DNA of 23,040 nt from Octopus sinensis (lineage: Eukaryota), in assembly GCF_006345805.1 (NCBI RefSeq), contig NW_021836696.1, positions 1 to 23,040 of the forward strand. The letters run 5' to 3'. The translations under genes and the position numbers were made by a program. The notes below the pieces were generated by a model. That model searched no databases, had not been told where the DNA came from, and was given only the letters and a program-made list of their open reading frames with translations. Positions within the stretch are counted from its first letter, which is position 1, and each line of letters starts with the position of its first letter. Below are positions 9,708-20,717 of this stretch, one piece after another.

Positions 9708-9898
9708 TCTCTTCCATTTTCTTTGAGTAACAGTTGTTTTTTTAACGATTTTGGATCATACATGCATACCTACATGTGCACTCACATACACACACATACA
9801 CACACATCATTAATAGCGATTATAAGCTGTGTTAATACAAAAAGGTAATGCTTGACTTCACTTAAAAGTGGGTTTTGTGTTATAACACATACATTGCA

Positions 9899-9916
9899 TG
9901 TACATATATATACATA

Positions 9917-9993
<77 letters not shown>

Positions 9994-10010
9994 GATATAA
10001 TAATATATAA
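9899..10010. repeat. (TA)n microsatellite
   Basis: Direct reading; one of many TA arrays (also ~5615-5675, ~10575-10670, ~11965-12180, ~22220-22320). Confidence 0.95.
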
Positions 10011-10013
10011 CTT

Positions 10014-10089
10014 AAGTACCATATTCATCTGAATCTAACTTTTATATATATATATATATATAAGTTAGATTCAGATGAATATGTTACTT
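10014..10089. repeat. Short palindrome, 28-bp arms around a TA spacer
   Basis: catattcatctgaatctaactt (10020-10041) is the exact reverse complement of 10062-10083; extends 6 bp further with one mismatch. Confidence 0.9.
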
Positions 10090-10151
10090 CAGTTGAGGCA
10101 CCAGAATTTTGTTCGGTATTATTCATACAATTTCAAAATAAGGTGATTAAA

Positions 10152-10576
10152 ATCAAAGTAAGCAACAAGGATATCCAGAAGTAATGCAGTACGATCGTTT
10201 CATGCAACTCCGTTTAAGTGAACAATGCAATCATTTAATTACATCAATTTTAAACGTAGAACAATCTTCAGCTGCACAAAGACATAGAATTTAATTAAAT
10301 TAGAAGGACACATTAGTATAATTTTACCCAAAATCTCGAAGAGGATGAGGAGATAGACAAAGAACATGTTTTACCAACGACATCATAGTTGTAACAACAA
10401 TTCTCTTGGAGATTTTGGGTAAAATTATACTAATGTGTCCTTCTAATTTAATTAAATTCTGTGTCTTTGTGCAGCTGAAGATTGCTCTACATCTTAAATT
10501 GATGTAATGAAATGATTGCATTGTTCAATTAAATCCTACTGCATTACCTCTGGATATCCTTGTTGCTTATTTTGAT
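10152..10576. mobile_element. Foldback/MITE-like inverted repeat
   Basis: 10152-10343 pairs with 10403-10576 (a few substitutions, one ~18-bp indel); 59-bp spacer; no coding signal. Confidence 0.7.
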
Positions 10577-10598
10577 ATATATATATATATATATATAT

Positions 10599-10670
<72 letters not shown>

Positions 10671-11002
10671 CAGAGAGAGAGAGAATGAGAGTGAGAGAGA
10701 GAAAGTAAGAGAGACACACACACTCATACACAAACTTTAAAGCAGTGGCCTACATACCACAAGTTGGTTTTTCGTTCTCTCTTTTTCTACTCAGTTATAT
10801 TTTCCTTTCCATATATGGTCCATACATGAATTCAATAAGGGTTTTTTTCCTTCTTTCAAATTATAACTTAATGTGATAAAATGCAACAATGAAAATAATT
10901 GAAAGAATAGAGATATTATTGAATGCATGTCAACTGTTGATGTCAATGTTGAGAGTCCAATGAAATTTTTATTATTATTAATAATCAAACAATGAATGAT
11001 AC

Positions 11003-11192
11003 CTCTAACCTGTTACAGTCGTTAGACTGCTGTCATGCTGGGGCATGCCTCGAATAATATTTCATCGAATGTATCGATCTAAATACTAATTTTGTAAAAG
11101 CCTAGTACTTCTTCTATCGGACACTTTCGCCGAACCGCTACGTTATAGGGACGTAAACACACGAGCTAACGTTTCTGCCAGCTCGCCGCCTT
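11003..11192 (-). mobile_element. Family B SINE head joined to a degenerate family A SINE tail
   Basis: Minus strand reads ggcggcgagctggcagaaacgttagc (B head, ~11165-11190), then directly tgtgtttacgtccc..gcggttcggcgaaag..gaagtactaggc..cagcatgacagcagtc (A tail). Confidence 0.7.
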
Positions 11193-11507
11193 AGAGACGC
11201 ATTATGATGTAGCTGCAGTTATACCACTATGTCTGGAGGATGCATTTGACGATGTAGCCCAAAATACATATAGGAAGTACACACTGGATATGTAATCCTA
11301 GATACACTATTCCAGAAGAAATAAAGATAAGGAATAGTCACGGCTGGATCACTGTTCATTGCATGTCTGTGAGATTATGGTTGACCTTGATTCCAAAAAG
11401 CGATAACAATGAAAACATCCCTGCTGAAGCAGGTCAGTGAGGCAGTATCTTCCTGACACTCATTTCAGAACCAGTTCGATCTTCGACCATTCGACTCCTT
11501 CACAGTC

Positions 11508-11566
11508 GGTTCGACCATATGGCTTAACGGTTCGCCATATGGCTTAACGATTCGGTCATATGGCTT
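11508..11566. repeat. Minisatellite, ~3 copies of a 20-21-bp unit
   Basis: ggttcgaccatatggcttaac / ggttcgccatatggcttaac / gattcggtcatatggctt. Confidence 0.9.
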
Positions 11567-12086
11567 GGAGCGCTCAACACCCAGATACTTCCTAATTTTT
11601 TTATTCTGTTATTTTTTTTTACGCTCAATAAATATTCTCACCTCGGTGTTATTACGAGCTTTGACTGGTCTTGAATATCACATATGGGTGCAATATATTT
11701 CCATAAGTAAACATCCGCTTTGCAACCATCAAACTGGTTCAAACGTAACCTTCTATTGAAAGATTTCGACTCGTCAAACGAAAAGTAGAAACCGCCGGAT
11801 GGAAAGAAATTTTGGTTCCATACTCTTTATGTACTAACTTATGAATTCTCTAGACATGTATGTGTATAGTTAAATATTTATTTGTGGTTGTATGTTTGTG
11901 CGTATAGATTATATAGTTGTATACACATACTTATGGATCATATACATGTATACATACATACATACATAATATATATATATTATATATATAGAATATTATA
12001 TATATATATATATAGTAATATATATATATCAATATACAATAAATAAATATATAGAAGATATGTATACAGTATAATAATGTATATAT

Positions 12087-12129
<43 letters not shown>

Positions 12130-12634
12130 TATATGTGTGGTGTGTGTGTGTGTGGTTATATATATATATATATATATAACCCTGCATTTATTCTGTATGT
12201 CTACTAATGTTTCTTTCTTTATATAAAAGCGTATATATGTGTGTGTGCGCATGCAGTATGTGTGTATGTAGGCATGTATATGTATGTATGTATGTATGTA
12301 CGTACGTATACATGTATACGCTCAGAAAATTAAGTATGAGCGTGTTGAAAGTTTAAGTTCAGCCAGTAGACATTAGGACTCAGGAGAAGAGCTGACAGAT
12401 TTGGTCGGAATTGAAGATAATTTTGTTTAAATATGAACGTGAAGACGGTACACGTCTATCGACCAGTCCGTCTTACTAAAGTTAGTCTCTGTTTGATTAT
12501 GAATGCTTTGAAGATGTTTACTTTCGCAGTGGATTCTCCAGTTTTGCTTCACTCCCGAAGAAGTTATGAGGAGGAAAATAATTCGATCGGAACATCTGTT
12601 GAAACATAAGCAAAAGGCATATTCCGGTATTTAA

Positions 12635-12776
12635 GGCGGTAAGCGGGAAGAATCGCCAACGGCATTTCGTCCGTCTTAACGTTCTGAATTCACATTCCGC
12701 GAAGGTCAGCTTTGCCTTTCATTCTTTCGTCGTCTATAAAATCAGTAGCAGCTGAGCACTGGAAACGATGTAGTCT
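12635..12776 (+). mobile_element. SINE family B, degenerate and internally shortened
   Basis: ggcggtaagcgggaagaatcg..catttcgtccgtcttaacgttctgaattcacattccgcgaaggtcagctttgcctttcat matches 4407-4560. Confidence 0.75.
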
Positions 12777-12925
12777 ATATGGACATAGCCAAAATCTTTT
12801 CATCCTTCATTAGCCTCTATTCCAACCAAATCGCTGCTTATTTTATAGAGATGCTTACTTTGTTTGGCTGAAATTGCTGTTTCTTTTCGGATATTATCAG
12901 AAAAAGGTAATGAAAATTTATTAAA

Positions 12926-13757
12926 ATGACAGATCTATCGGAATTTCTGAGAGGTCATATTGATTGGTGCTCATGTGGCAGGCGCTAGCGTAACGAAAAC
13001 AGCTGAAATATTTGGCGTATCAAGAAGTACTGTCTCGAATCTAATGAAAGTCATTGAGAAAGAGGAAAAAACCCTCTCGTCGAAACAAAACTCCGGAAGA
13101 ACACCGAAACTTTCAGATGGGAACCGTGGGACTCTTACGCGTATTATTAGAAAGGATCACAGATACCAAAAGAATCACACATACCAAAATTAGTGCAGAG
13201 CTTAATGACCACCTCAAGAACCCAGTTTCCACAAAGACTGTCCGCCGGGAGCTGCACAAAGCCGCATTCCACGAGAAGGCTGCAATCAGAAAACCACTAC
13301 TTTCAAAAACAAACGTTGCGGAGCTTTTACAGTAGAGTACAAACCTACAGAATTGGTCCCTAGAGCAGTGTAAGAATGTTATGTTCTTGGACTAGTCATC
13401 CTTTAGCTTATTTCAGACCACCGACCGAGTATATGCGTGGAGACAGCCAAAAGAAGCACTTGACCAAGACTGCCTTCTTCCAACAGTTAAACATGTAGGA
13501 GGATCTGTGATGATCTGGGGGAGGGGGCTATATCTTGGAAATCCGCTACCCCAATGGTTTCCCTTCATAGCAGAATTAATAGTGAAGACTATTTAAGCAT
13601 TTTATCTGATCAAATTCATCCTATGGCTGCGGAACTGTTTCCGGATGGAAACGCAATCTTTCAGGATTATAATGCACCAATTCACACAGCTAAAGTTGTT
13701 ACTGAATGGCACGAGGAACATTCTACTGAAGTTTAACCTCTTATCTGGCCACCACAG
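12926..13757 (+). pseudogene. Tc1-family transposase relic, 3'-truncated
   Basis: MTDLSEF..IGAHVAGASVTKTAEIFGVSRSTVS (HTH), SGRTPKLS, VSTKTVRRELH..AIRKPLL, VMFLD*SSF (first D), TVKHVGGSVMIWG, IFQDYNAPIHTA (second D), LIWPPQ, then ends before SPDLNPIE. Contains stops and frameshifts; no TIR identified. Confidence 0.92.
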
Positions 13758-13854
13758 ATCGGTTTGGAAACAAATGATCTACAATAGATGTCAAGCATTT
13801 GAAGCTCGAAGAATTGAAAAGTCTATCTCGAAACGAGCACTTCGTAGACAGGAC
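13755..13854 (+). mobile_element. Possible RTE-clade LINE ORF2 C-terminal fragment
   Basis: RSVWKQMIYNRCQAFEARRIEKSISKRALRRQ resembles the R..W...I......FE..R......KR..R pattern I recall from RTE C-termini; short. Confidence 0.45.
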
Positions 13855-14782
13855 TTAACTACTATCTCAGACACTTCTGCCAGCTCGCCGTCTTAAAAGT
13901 TGTACAATAAACGACAAAAACGGTGGGCAATATGCGACAAGACTTGTTTATTAACATCGTAACACATTTCGTCCCATACTAAAATCAAAAGAAATTACAA
14001 TAAGCTGATAGTCATCATACAACACACAGTTCTACAACTAGAGTTACCCCATATGATTATTGGTATATATGTATATATATATGACCAAATACTCATGTAG
14101 TTTTTGCGTGTGTATCTCTATGTGTGCGTGTATGTATATGCATGTGTGTGTATGTCGGCAAACGTTTCAAGTAATTGATGATATTCTCATTGAATGTAGT
14201 ACGTACAGTTTTTTATAGTTTAAGTGTTTCCTCGAGGGTTTACTTATTTATTGGCGTGAGAATTTACTATGTAACACCAATACTTCCACAGCTTTGCCGC
14301 CGTCATATAATAACATGTAATAATATAAAGGCATCTGAGATTTTAAACAAGTGTTTTATTACATAAAATATGAGTGAAGATTCCTATAAAAAGTATATAC
14401 ATATATTCATACATGCTAATACTCACATATATACTCACACATATATGGAAAAAGAGAGAAAGAAGAGGAGAGAGAATGTGTGTGCGTAGCAGCTGTAGAC
14501 ATCTGATCTACAGTCATTGGTGTAACACTGTATTAATTCATTCAAAAGAGTTTTAATCTAATATTTACACCCTGTCATTGACAGTCTTAACTGTTTCAAG
14601 TCAAAAAGAATTATTTCATGTTCTCTTGAAGGTTTTATTTATACATGTGAGGTGGGAGAGAGGGTGTGTGCGTGCGTGCGTGTAAGTGTATGCATACATG
14701 CATATATATCCCCATATCTATATACAACATACAAACACACATTTATACAAACATACATATATTCACATATATTCATACGTAT

Positions 14783-15079
14783 TGTTTGTTCCTTCTCGAG
14801 CCATGTCTGGCTCATAAGGGCCGGTTTCCCGGTTTCCTTGGCGTATAGGTTCCCCACCTGGACGGGATGCCGGTCCGTCGCAGGTGAGCTGGAAGAGGAA
14901 AGAGTGAGAGAAAGTTGTAGCGAAAGAGTCAACAGAAGTTCGCCATTATCTTTTGCCGGAGCCGCGTGGAGATTAGGTTTTTCGCTCATAAACACACACA
15001 TCTCCCGGTCTGAGATTCAAACCCGCGATCCCTCGACCGCAAGTCCGCTGCTCTAACCACTAGGCCATGTGCCTCCACG
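14783..15079 (-). mobile_element. Full-length SINE family C (tail 1) with 13-bp target-site duplication
   Basis: Homologous to 4050-4353; flanked by tattcatacgtat at 14770-14782 and 15080-15092. Confidence 0.93.
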
Positions 15080-15318
15080 TATTCATACGTATACATAGAC
15101 TTAAATACTTAGACACTTAGATAAGTTTCGACCAGCACCATTAAATGATATTTCATGTTAGTAATTCTTTGAGCATCAACGGGGGTAGGTGATTTAGCTG
15201 GAATTCGCTGGAGATATTTGCCTAAGAATTTCCTGTCCATAATCTTTTTGTACTAGGGCTGAAGTAATCGACTAACAAAGTTCATGGTCTGAGCTCATAT
15301 TAGAAAGAATTATATAAG

Positions 15319-15538
15319 GGCGGTAGATTGGCAGAACCATTAGATCGTCAGTCTAAATGCTATACGAAATTACTTTCAGTTCTTTGCATTATGAGTTCAA
15401 AACCCACCGAGGTCAATTTTGCTTTTATTCCTCCTGAGTCAGTAAAATAATCTACTGGTTTACTTATGGGGTCTACTTCATCAATTAACCCCGCTTCTCA
15501 AAACTACTGGCCATGTGCTCACGTTAGAAACCATTATT
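15319..15538 (+). mobile_element. SINE family B, old copy
   Basis: ggcggtagattggcagaaccattag..gagttcaaaacccaccgaggtcaattttgctttt..tggggtcta..ctggccatgtgc aligns along 4407-4626. Confidence 0.7.
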
Positions 15539-15573
15539 TTTGATAGTGGCGGTGCTGGTGGAGGTGGTAGTTA

Positions 15574-15740
15574 GGTCGGTGGATTTCTAGACTCGTTAGA
15601 AAACATCGGACTAAATGCCTTGCGTCATTTAGTCCGAGCTATTTATGTTCGTAGTTCAAATTTCCTCGAGATCGACTTCTGCTTTTACCCATTCATTCTC
15701 GACAAAATAAAATCTCAGTGAATCACTGGAGTCGACGATT
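15574..15740 (+). mobile_element. SINE family B, very degenerate copy
   Basis: agactcgttag..aaatgccttgcgtcattt..tagttcaaatttcctcgagatcgacttctgctttt..cactggagtcga. Confidence 0.6.
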
Positions 15741-16122
15741 AATAATGGCGTGATTTTGAAAGACCTCATATGGAGACCACATCGATGGGATGGGAAGAAG
15801 CAAACAGATTCTGAAGAAACGTTACGCTTAAGAAAATGGGCTCGAAGCAGTATGGCTTCAAACAAGGCGGCGTACCCCATTCTACGGCGACGATACGCCC
15901 ACTCTTCACTCATACTAAACCCGCACTAAACCTGGACGTGACAGCTGACGACTCTGTTACAATCTTTGATCTTCTATCTACGCTAGAAACGTTTATTCTT
16001 GTTGTCCATGAAGTTGTTTTAGTCATTTAATCATTATCTGTTGTGAACAAAAAGCTAGGTTCGTTGGATTCGAATATTTCAATGATTCAAGGCGATCATC
16101 AGGCACTAAGCGTGAATCTTAA

Positions 16123-16125
16123 TGG

Positions 16126-16157
<32 letters not shown>

Positions 16158-16401
16158 TTGCTACACATCGCTGGTCACGATGCACTTTGCACTGCTTTAG
16201 CCATCAAATGACGCCACCCCGCTGGCTAAACGAGCAGGCCAACAGAAGAAAGAGTGAGAGAAAGTTGTGGCGAAAGAGTACAGCAGGGATCGCCGGAGCC
16301 TCGTGGAGCTTTAGGTGTTTTCGCTCAGTAAACACTCACAATGCCCGGTCTGGGAATCGAAACCATGACCCTACGACCGCGAGTCCGCTGCCCTAACCAC
16401 T
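16123..16401 (-). mobile_element. SINE family C head and middle with tail 2, ending in (CAT)n
   Basis: 16245-16401 matches 20915-21084 and 14900-15061; 16154-16243 matches the tail of element D; the GAT array at ~16123-16156 forms the 3' end. Confidence 0.85.
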
Positions 16402-16720
16402 TATATAAATATAAGAAATACAACGAAGGGAACTCAGGATTTACCTGTTGAGTAAAGTACCGTGTAATTGTTTATTTTAAGCAATTGTATGCGTTCTTTA
16501 TCATTCGAAATGGTTAGCCAGATCTAGATTATGTCAGAGTGATAATCAGGTATTCAGGTAATCAGGTAATCAAGCCCGTATTCCAAATCCCTATTCTTTT
16601 ATGTTTTATATACTTTTACACATATGTATGTGTATATACATATATACATATATGTGTGTGTGTCTGTGTGTCTGTATGTGTATATACATACACACACACA
16701 AATATATATATATATATATA

Positions 16721-17142
16721 TACTCTTTTACTCTTTTACTTGTTTCAGTCATTTGACTGCGGCCATGCTGGAGTACCGCCTTTAGTCGAGCAACTCGACC
16801 CCGGGACTTATTCTTTGTAGCCCAGTACTTATTCTATCTGTCTCTTTTTGCCGACCGCTAAGTGACGGGACATAAACACACCAGCATCAGTTGTCAAACA
16901 ATGCTAGGGGGACAAACACAGACACACAAACACACACACATATATATATACATATATACGACAGGCTTCTTTCATTTTTTCCGTCTACCAAATCCACTCA
17001 CAAGGCATTGGTCGGCCCGGGCTATAGCAGAAGACACTTGCCCAAGATGCCACGCAGTGGGACTGAACCCGGAACCATGTGGTTGGTTAGCAAGCTACTT
17101 ACCACACAGCCACTCCTGCGCCTATGCCACTCCTGCGCCTAT
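16721..17142 (-). mobile_element. Full-length SINE family A (tRNA head, CORE-like segment, internal microsatellite, LINE-like tail)
   Basis: Minus strand: ggcgcaggagtggctgtgtggtaag..ccgggttcagtcccactgcgtggcatcttgggcaagtgtcttc.., then a TA/TG tract, then the tail seen at 301-495. Confidence 0.9.
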
Positions 17143-17176
17143 ATGTATATATATATATAATATATATATATATATA

Positions 17177-18210
17177 CCACTGTCTTGGGACCACTGCTTT
17201 TTATAGTGGCCCTCTCAGATATGCCCTCAAATGCCCGGATAGCCACTCTGGCAAGCTATGCAGACGATTCGAAAGTTTCCCAGAAAATACACAACCTCAG
17301 CGATGTTGCACACCTGCAGCAGGAGTTGGACTCAATCTACAGATGGGCTGAAGATAATAATATGCAGTTTAATGCTGAAAAATTCCAGGCCCTGCGCTAC
17401 CAGCATCCAAAACTAAACTTACAGGGTACACCGGTCCACAGGGAATTTCAGTCCCAGAGCCTAAGTCTGTGAGGGACCTTGGTATCGACATGAGTGATGA
17501 TACCTCTTTCCAAGTGCACATTACCAGGATAGCGACAAAGTGCAGACGACTGGCTGGATGGATCCTAAGAACATTCAGAACCAGTGATAAGGAATCCATG
17601 ATGATCCTCTTTCGGACATTTGTCCTCAGCCGCCTGGATTACTGCTCACAGTATGAAATTAACAGCGGACCTTGAAGCAATCCAGAGAAGATTCACAAAG
17701 AAGATCGTCTCTTTGCAACAGCTCAGCTACTGGGAAAGGTTGAAACAGCTAAGACTCTACTCGCTGGAGAGAAGACGGGAGAGGTATGCAGTAATATATG
17801 TCTGGAAGATCCTTGAAGGAACTGTGCCAAATTTTGGTATTGTAAGCTATACCAATGCTAGAACGGGACGACACTGCATAGTGCCAAAGATCCCAGCAAT
17901 GCCATCACGCTTCAGGACCAGCTTCTGCAACAGCTTGGGTTTCAAGGGCTCACAGCTTTGTAATATCCTCTCAAAGAGTCTGAGGAACTTGCACAAAGTA
18001 GATATAGCGGTTTTTAAATCAAAGCTGGACATCTTCCTGTCGAGAGTCCCAGATGAACCTACCTCACGGCAAGAGGTGCAAATGAGGGTAGCTATATCAA
18101 ACTCCATTCTTCACCAAGTGCCACATATTAGAGGAGGTTCTTCGTAATAACAGTGTAGTAAAATGGTGGTGCATCAGCATGGCCGCAGCTCTGAGCTGAA
18201 ACAAAAAAAA
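17177..18210 (+). pseudogene. 5'-truncated CR1-group LINE: RT C-terminal half, ORF end, 3' UTR and A-tail
   Basis: TVLGPLLFIVALSD..LASYADDSK (YADD 17257-17268)..LQQELDSIYRWAEDNNMQFNAEKF..VRDLGI..FRTFVLSRLDYCS..LEAIQRRFTKKI..YWERLKQLRLYSLERRRERY..FKSKLDIFLSRVPDEP; stop 18145-18147; ends in aaaaaaaa at 18210. Confidence 0.93.
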
Positions 18211-18614
18211 TATATATTATACATTGTTGATGTAGGAATAATTATGTCAAATATCGTAATTGGGTGGTGTCAGCTGTCTCGTCTGACTAAAATGTAATTA
18301 AACAAATTGTTATGAAATATGAAATAGAGAAATTTCCGGGTCATGCTGCCCTAATGGGTGGATACTAACAAGTGAGCTGCCGACTGAAAATAAACTACGA
18401 CAGAAGAGAAATAATAACGTTAAGTAAAATGAGCAAATATAAATGAAAAGTATATAAATAAACACATGGATATATGATGAATACAGACTCGTACAAGCGC
18501 ACACCAAAATGAATGAATAAATAGATAAAAAGATGCATAAAAAATATATATAAAAATACTTAAATTAATAAATAAATAAATATTAAATAAATAAATAAAT
18601 ACATAAAGGAGAAT

Positions 18615-18935
18615 CAAGGTTGTAGATGAATTCGGCCTGCATCTGGCAGCTTTAGCGCGGGTCGATTTCTCCGACAAACCGCATCACTCTGAATGACATT
18701 ATCTGAAGAGACCTCGACGCGGCTGGCTTCTTTTCTCGACTGGAGCCAGTAGGTCTTGGCCAAGGGAACAGTAAACACGTCGATGTCAGGTGATCTAGGA
18801 ACTCGTACTACCGATTTCCTCCGCAAAAATCGGGACAACTGTGAGTCGTCTGAGAAATGAGCTCTGTAAGGTAGCTGCTGCAGCGAGCGACTCTGGCCAA
18901 GCTCCGCAGCAATGCCATCCTGATCACTACCGTGT
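18615..18935 (+). pseudogene. CRE-like non-LTR retrotransposon fragment (zinc-knuckle end plus restriction-like endonuclease), internally deleted
   Basis: Across three + frames: VVDEFGLH..FSAGRFLR..LNDII*RDLDAAGFFSRLEPVGLGQGNSKHVD | SGDLGTRTTDFLR.IG..LLQRATLAKLRSNA. This matches the recalled pattern VD..G.H.LSC..S.GR..RH..LNDII.RAL..AG..S.LEP.GL.R.D.KRPDG...G.LG...FL..IG...QR..LA..RGNA. Confidence 0.75.
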
Positions 18936-19277
18936 GGTGCAGCGCGGAACACTCTTTGTTCTGAGTGGTATGGTTCATCGCCCCTCCCCTCTATCATCTT
19001 CAGCCTTATCTTGGTGTGATGCAAGATCTGATAAATTGATGTGGGATGAGGCACAAAAAAGGAAAGATAACGAGGGATCACCACGGGAATATGTCAAGGG
19101 ATAGTAGTCATAAAAGAAACAGTGTGTGGACGGAATAGTTAGTGAAATATGCATTTCTTTCGGAAGATTGAGAGATATCTGTGAGTGCATGCACGTGCTT
19201 ATGCACATATGTCTATACAAGCATATGTATAAGAAGTAGTCAAAGCGAAATCTAGAGACAAATACTTGTAAACTATA

Positions 19278-19794
19278 TTGGGTTGTCCGGAACGTTCGTG
19301 CCGGTATTTAAAGGCAACAAAAAGCTCAATAAATACTTGCCATTACATTTTTAATCAATCAGATATGAACCATTTTGTTGCACAATGCGCCTCCATCTTC
19401 CCTTTAACTTGAAAATACCCTCTTCCCAGAATTGAGGTGGTTTCATGGCAAAGAATTCATCAAGGTATCTTTTTACGTCATCCAAGGAATTGAAATTTTT
19501 ACCATTAAGACTATTCTGCAGAGACCTGAATAAGTGGAAATCCGAAGAGAGCAATATCTGGTGTAAATGGAGGGTGGGGTAACACATCTCAGCCGAGCTG
19601 CAGCAATTTTTGTCTGGTTCCCAAAGCCTCAAGTGCCGAAAACGAACTTTCTAATCTTCCATTTTAAAGGATTCTAAAGAAAGACAGCTTAAATTGTGCT
19701 CTAAATGGAGGTGTAGTCAAATCCTGTTTCATGTTCTAAAATAAGTGGACAGGTAAGCTACTATAAATCGGCACTTACTTTCCGAACAATGCAA
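19278..19794 (-). mobile_element. Complete internally deleted mariner element (both TIRs, TA duplication)
   Basis: TIR ttgggttgtccggaacgttcgtgccg at 19278 and its imperfect inverse cggcacttactttccgaacaatgcaa ending 19794; TA at 19276-77 and 19795-96. Minus strand MED*KVRFRHL.LWE is fused to RQKLLQLG*DVLPHPPFTPDIA.SDFHLFRSLQNSLNGKNF..GIFKLKGRWRRIVQQNGSY. Confidence 0.92.
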
Positions 19795-19870
19795 TAAAAC
19801 AAAGTAATGAGAATGATTGAGTGACCCTAAGAGAGTGTCAGGAAACGAACAGACAGGGAATGAGAAACCG

Positions 19871-19936
<66 letters not shown>

Positions 19937-19961
19937 GAAGGAGGAAGGAGGAAGGAAGGAA

Positions 19962-20042
<81 letters not shown>
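19871..20042. repeat. (GAAA)n microsatellite with a GGAA-rich interruption
   Basis: Direct reading; source of the spurious KKERKKER ORFs. Confidence 0.95.
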
Positions 20043-20046
<4 letters not shown>

Positions 20047-20717
20047 GGAGGAGAGGAATTTGGAAGTATTTATATATAAAGTTACTGACACACTTCTACA
20101 CACAGATACTACTCTGAAACCCAGACAGCTGTACGCAACATATATACGCAAATGTATATCAAAACATAAACACATACACAGACATGTGAGTATCAGAGCA
20201 TATACACACACACATACACGTGTATTCAGGAACACACAGATACTCACAGAGAAGAATATATTTTTCTTTTATGACTTGCATATGCATAATAACAATTGTA
20301 TGAATGACATATTTCATTGTCCATACATGTAGTGTTCTTAAAAGATGTGTTGAAGCCTCTATATTGACAAAACATACATAGATAAGTACTTGATTAAAAA
20401 CATAGCGTCGTCGATGGAAAACAATGTTGTTCTGATTCAAATTAAGTCACTACTAAGACATACAACTTATTACTTTAATGAGAATTTTGTAGAGGAAGTT
20501 AAGCATGAGAAACAAAGTAAATTAGTTAAAAGCAAACGACCACAAGCAATGCTTTGTGAATCTCGACTGTAGGAAATGCAGTCAGAAAGTAACCCATCAA
20601 ATATATTTGAGTATGCAGATGACATCACATATGTACTCTTAACACGCATAAACACACAAAAATACACATTCACATACAATTGTACATACATATGTGTATA
20701 TGTATATATACATATAT

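Noticed and set aside
15810-15828. ctgaagaaacgtt as a hammerhead remnant
   Set aside because: No stem II or stem I; too short to distinguish from chance.
15836-15895. YGFKQGGVPHSTA resembling the Tc1/mariner FQQDGAP.H motif
   Set aside because: Single short, poorly matching motif with no supporting upstream or downstream motifs.
18614-19084. 156-aa minus-strand ORF as a novel host gene
   Set aside because: It is the antisense of the CRE-like relic; it starts at GTG and I recognise no domain or splice context.
19729-20332. 171-172-aa ORFs on both strands
   Set aside because: Products of the stop-free (GAAA)n tract.
20600-20640. IFEYADDITYV, an RT-like YADD motif
   Set aside because: No flanking RT motifs recognisable and an in-frame stop just upstream; may be chance or a very old fragment. 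A translated profile search would settle it.
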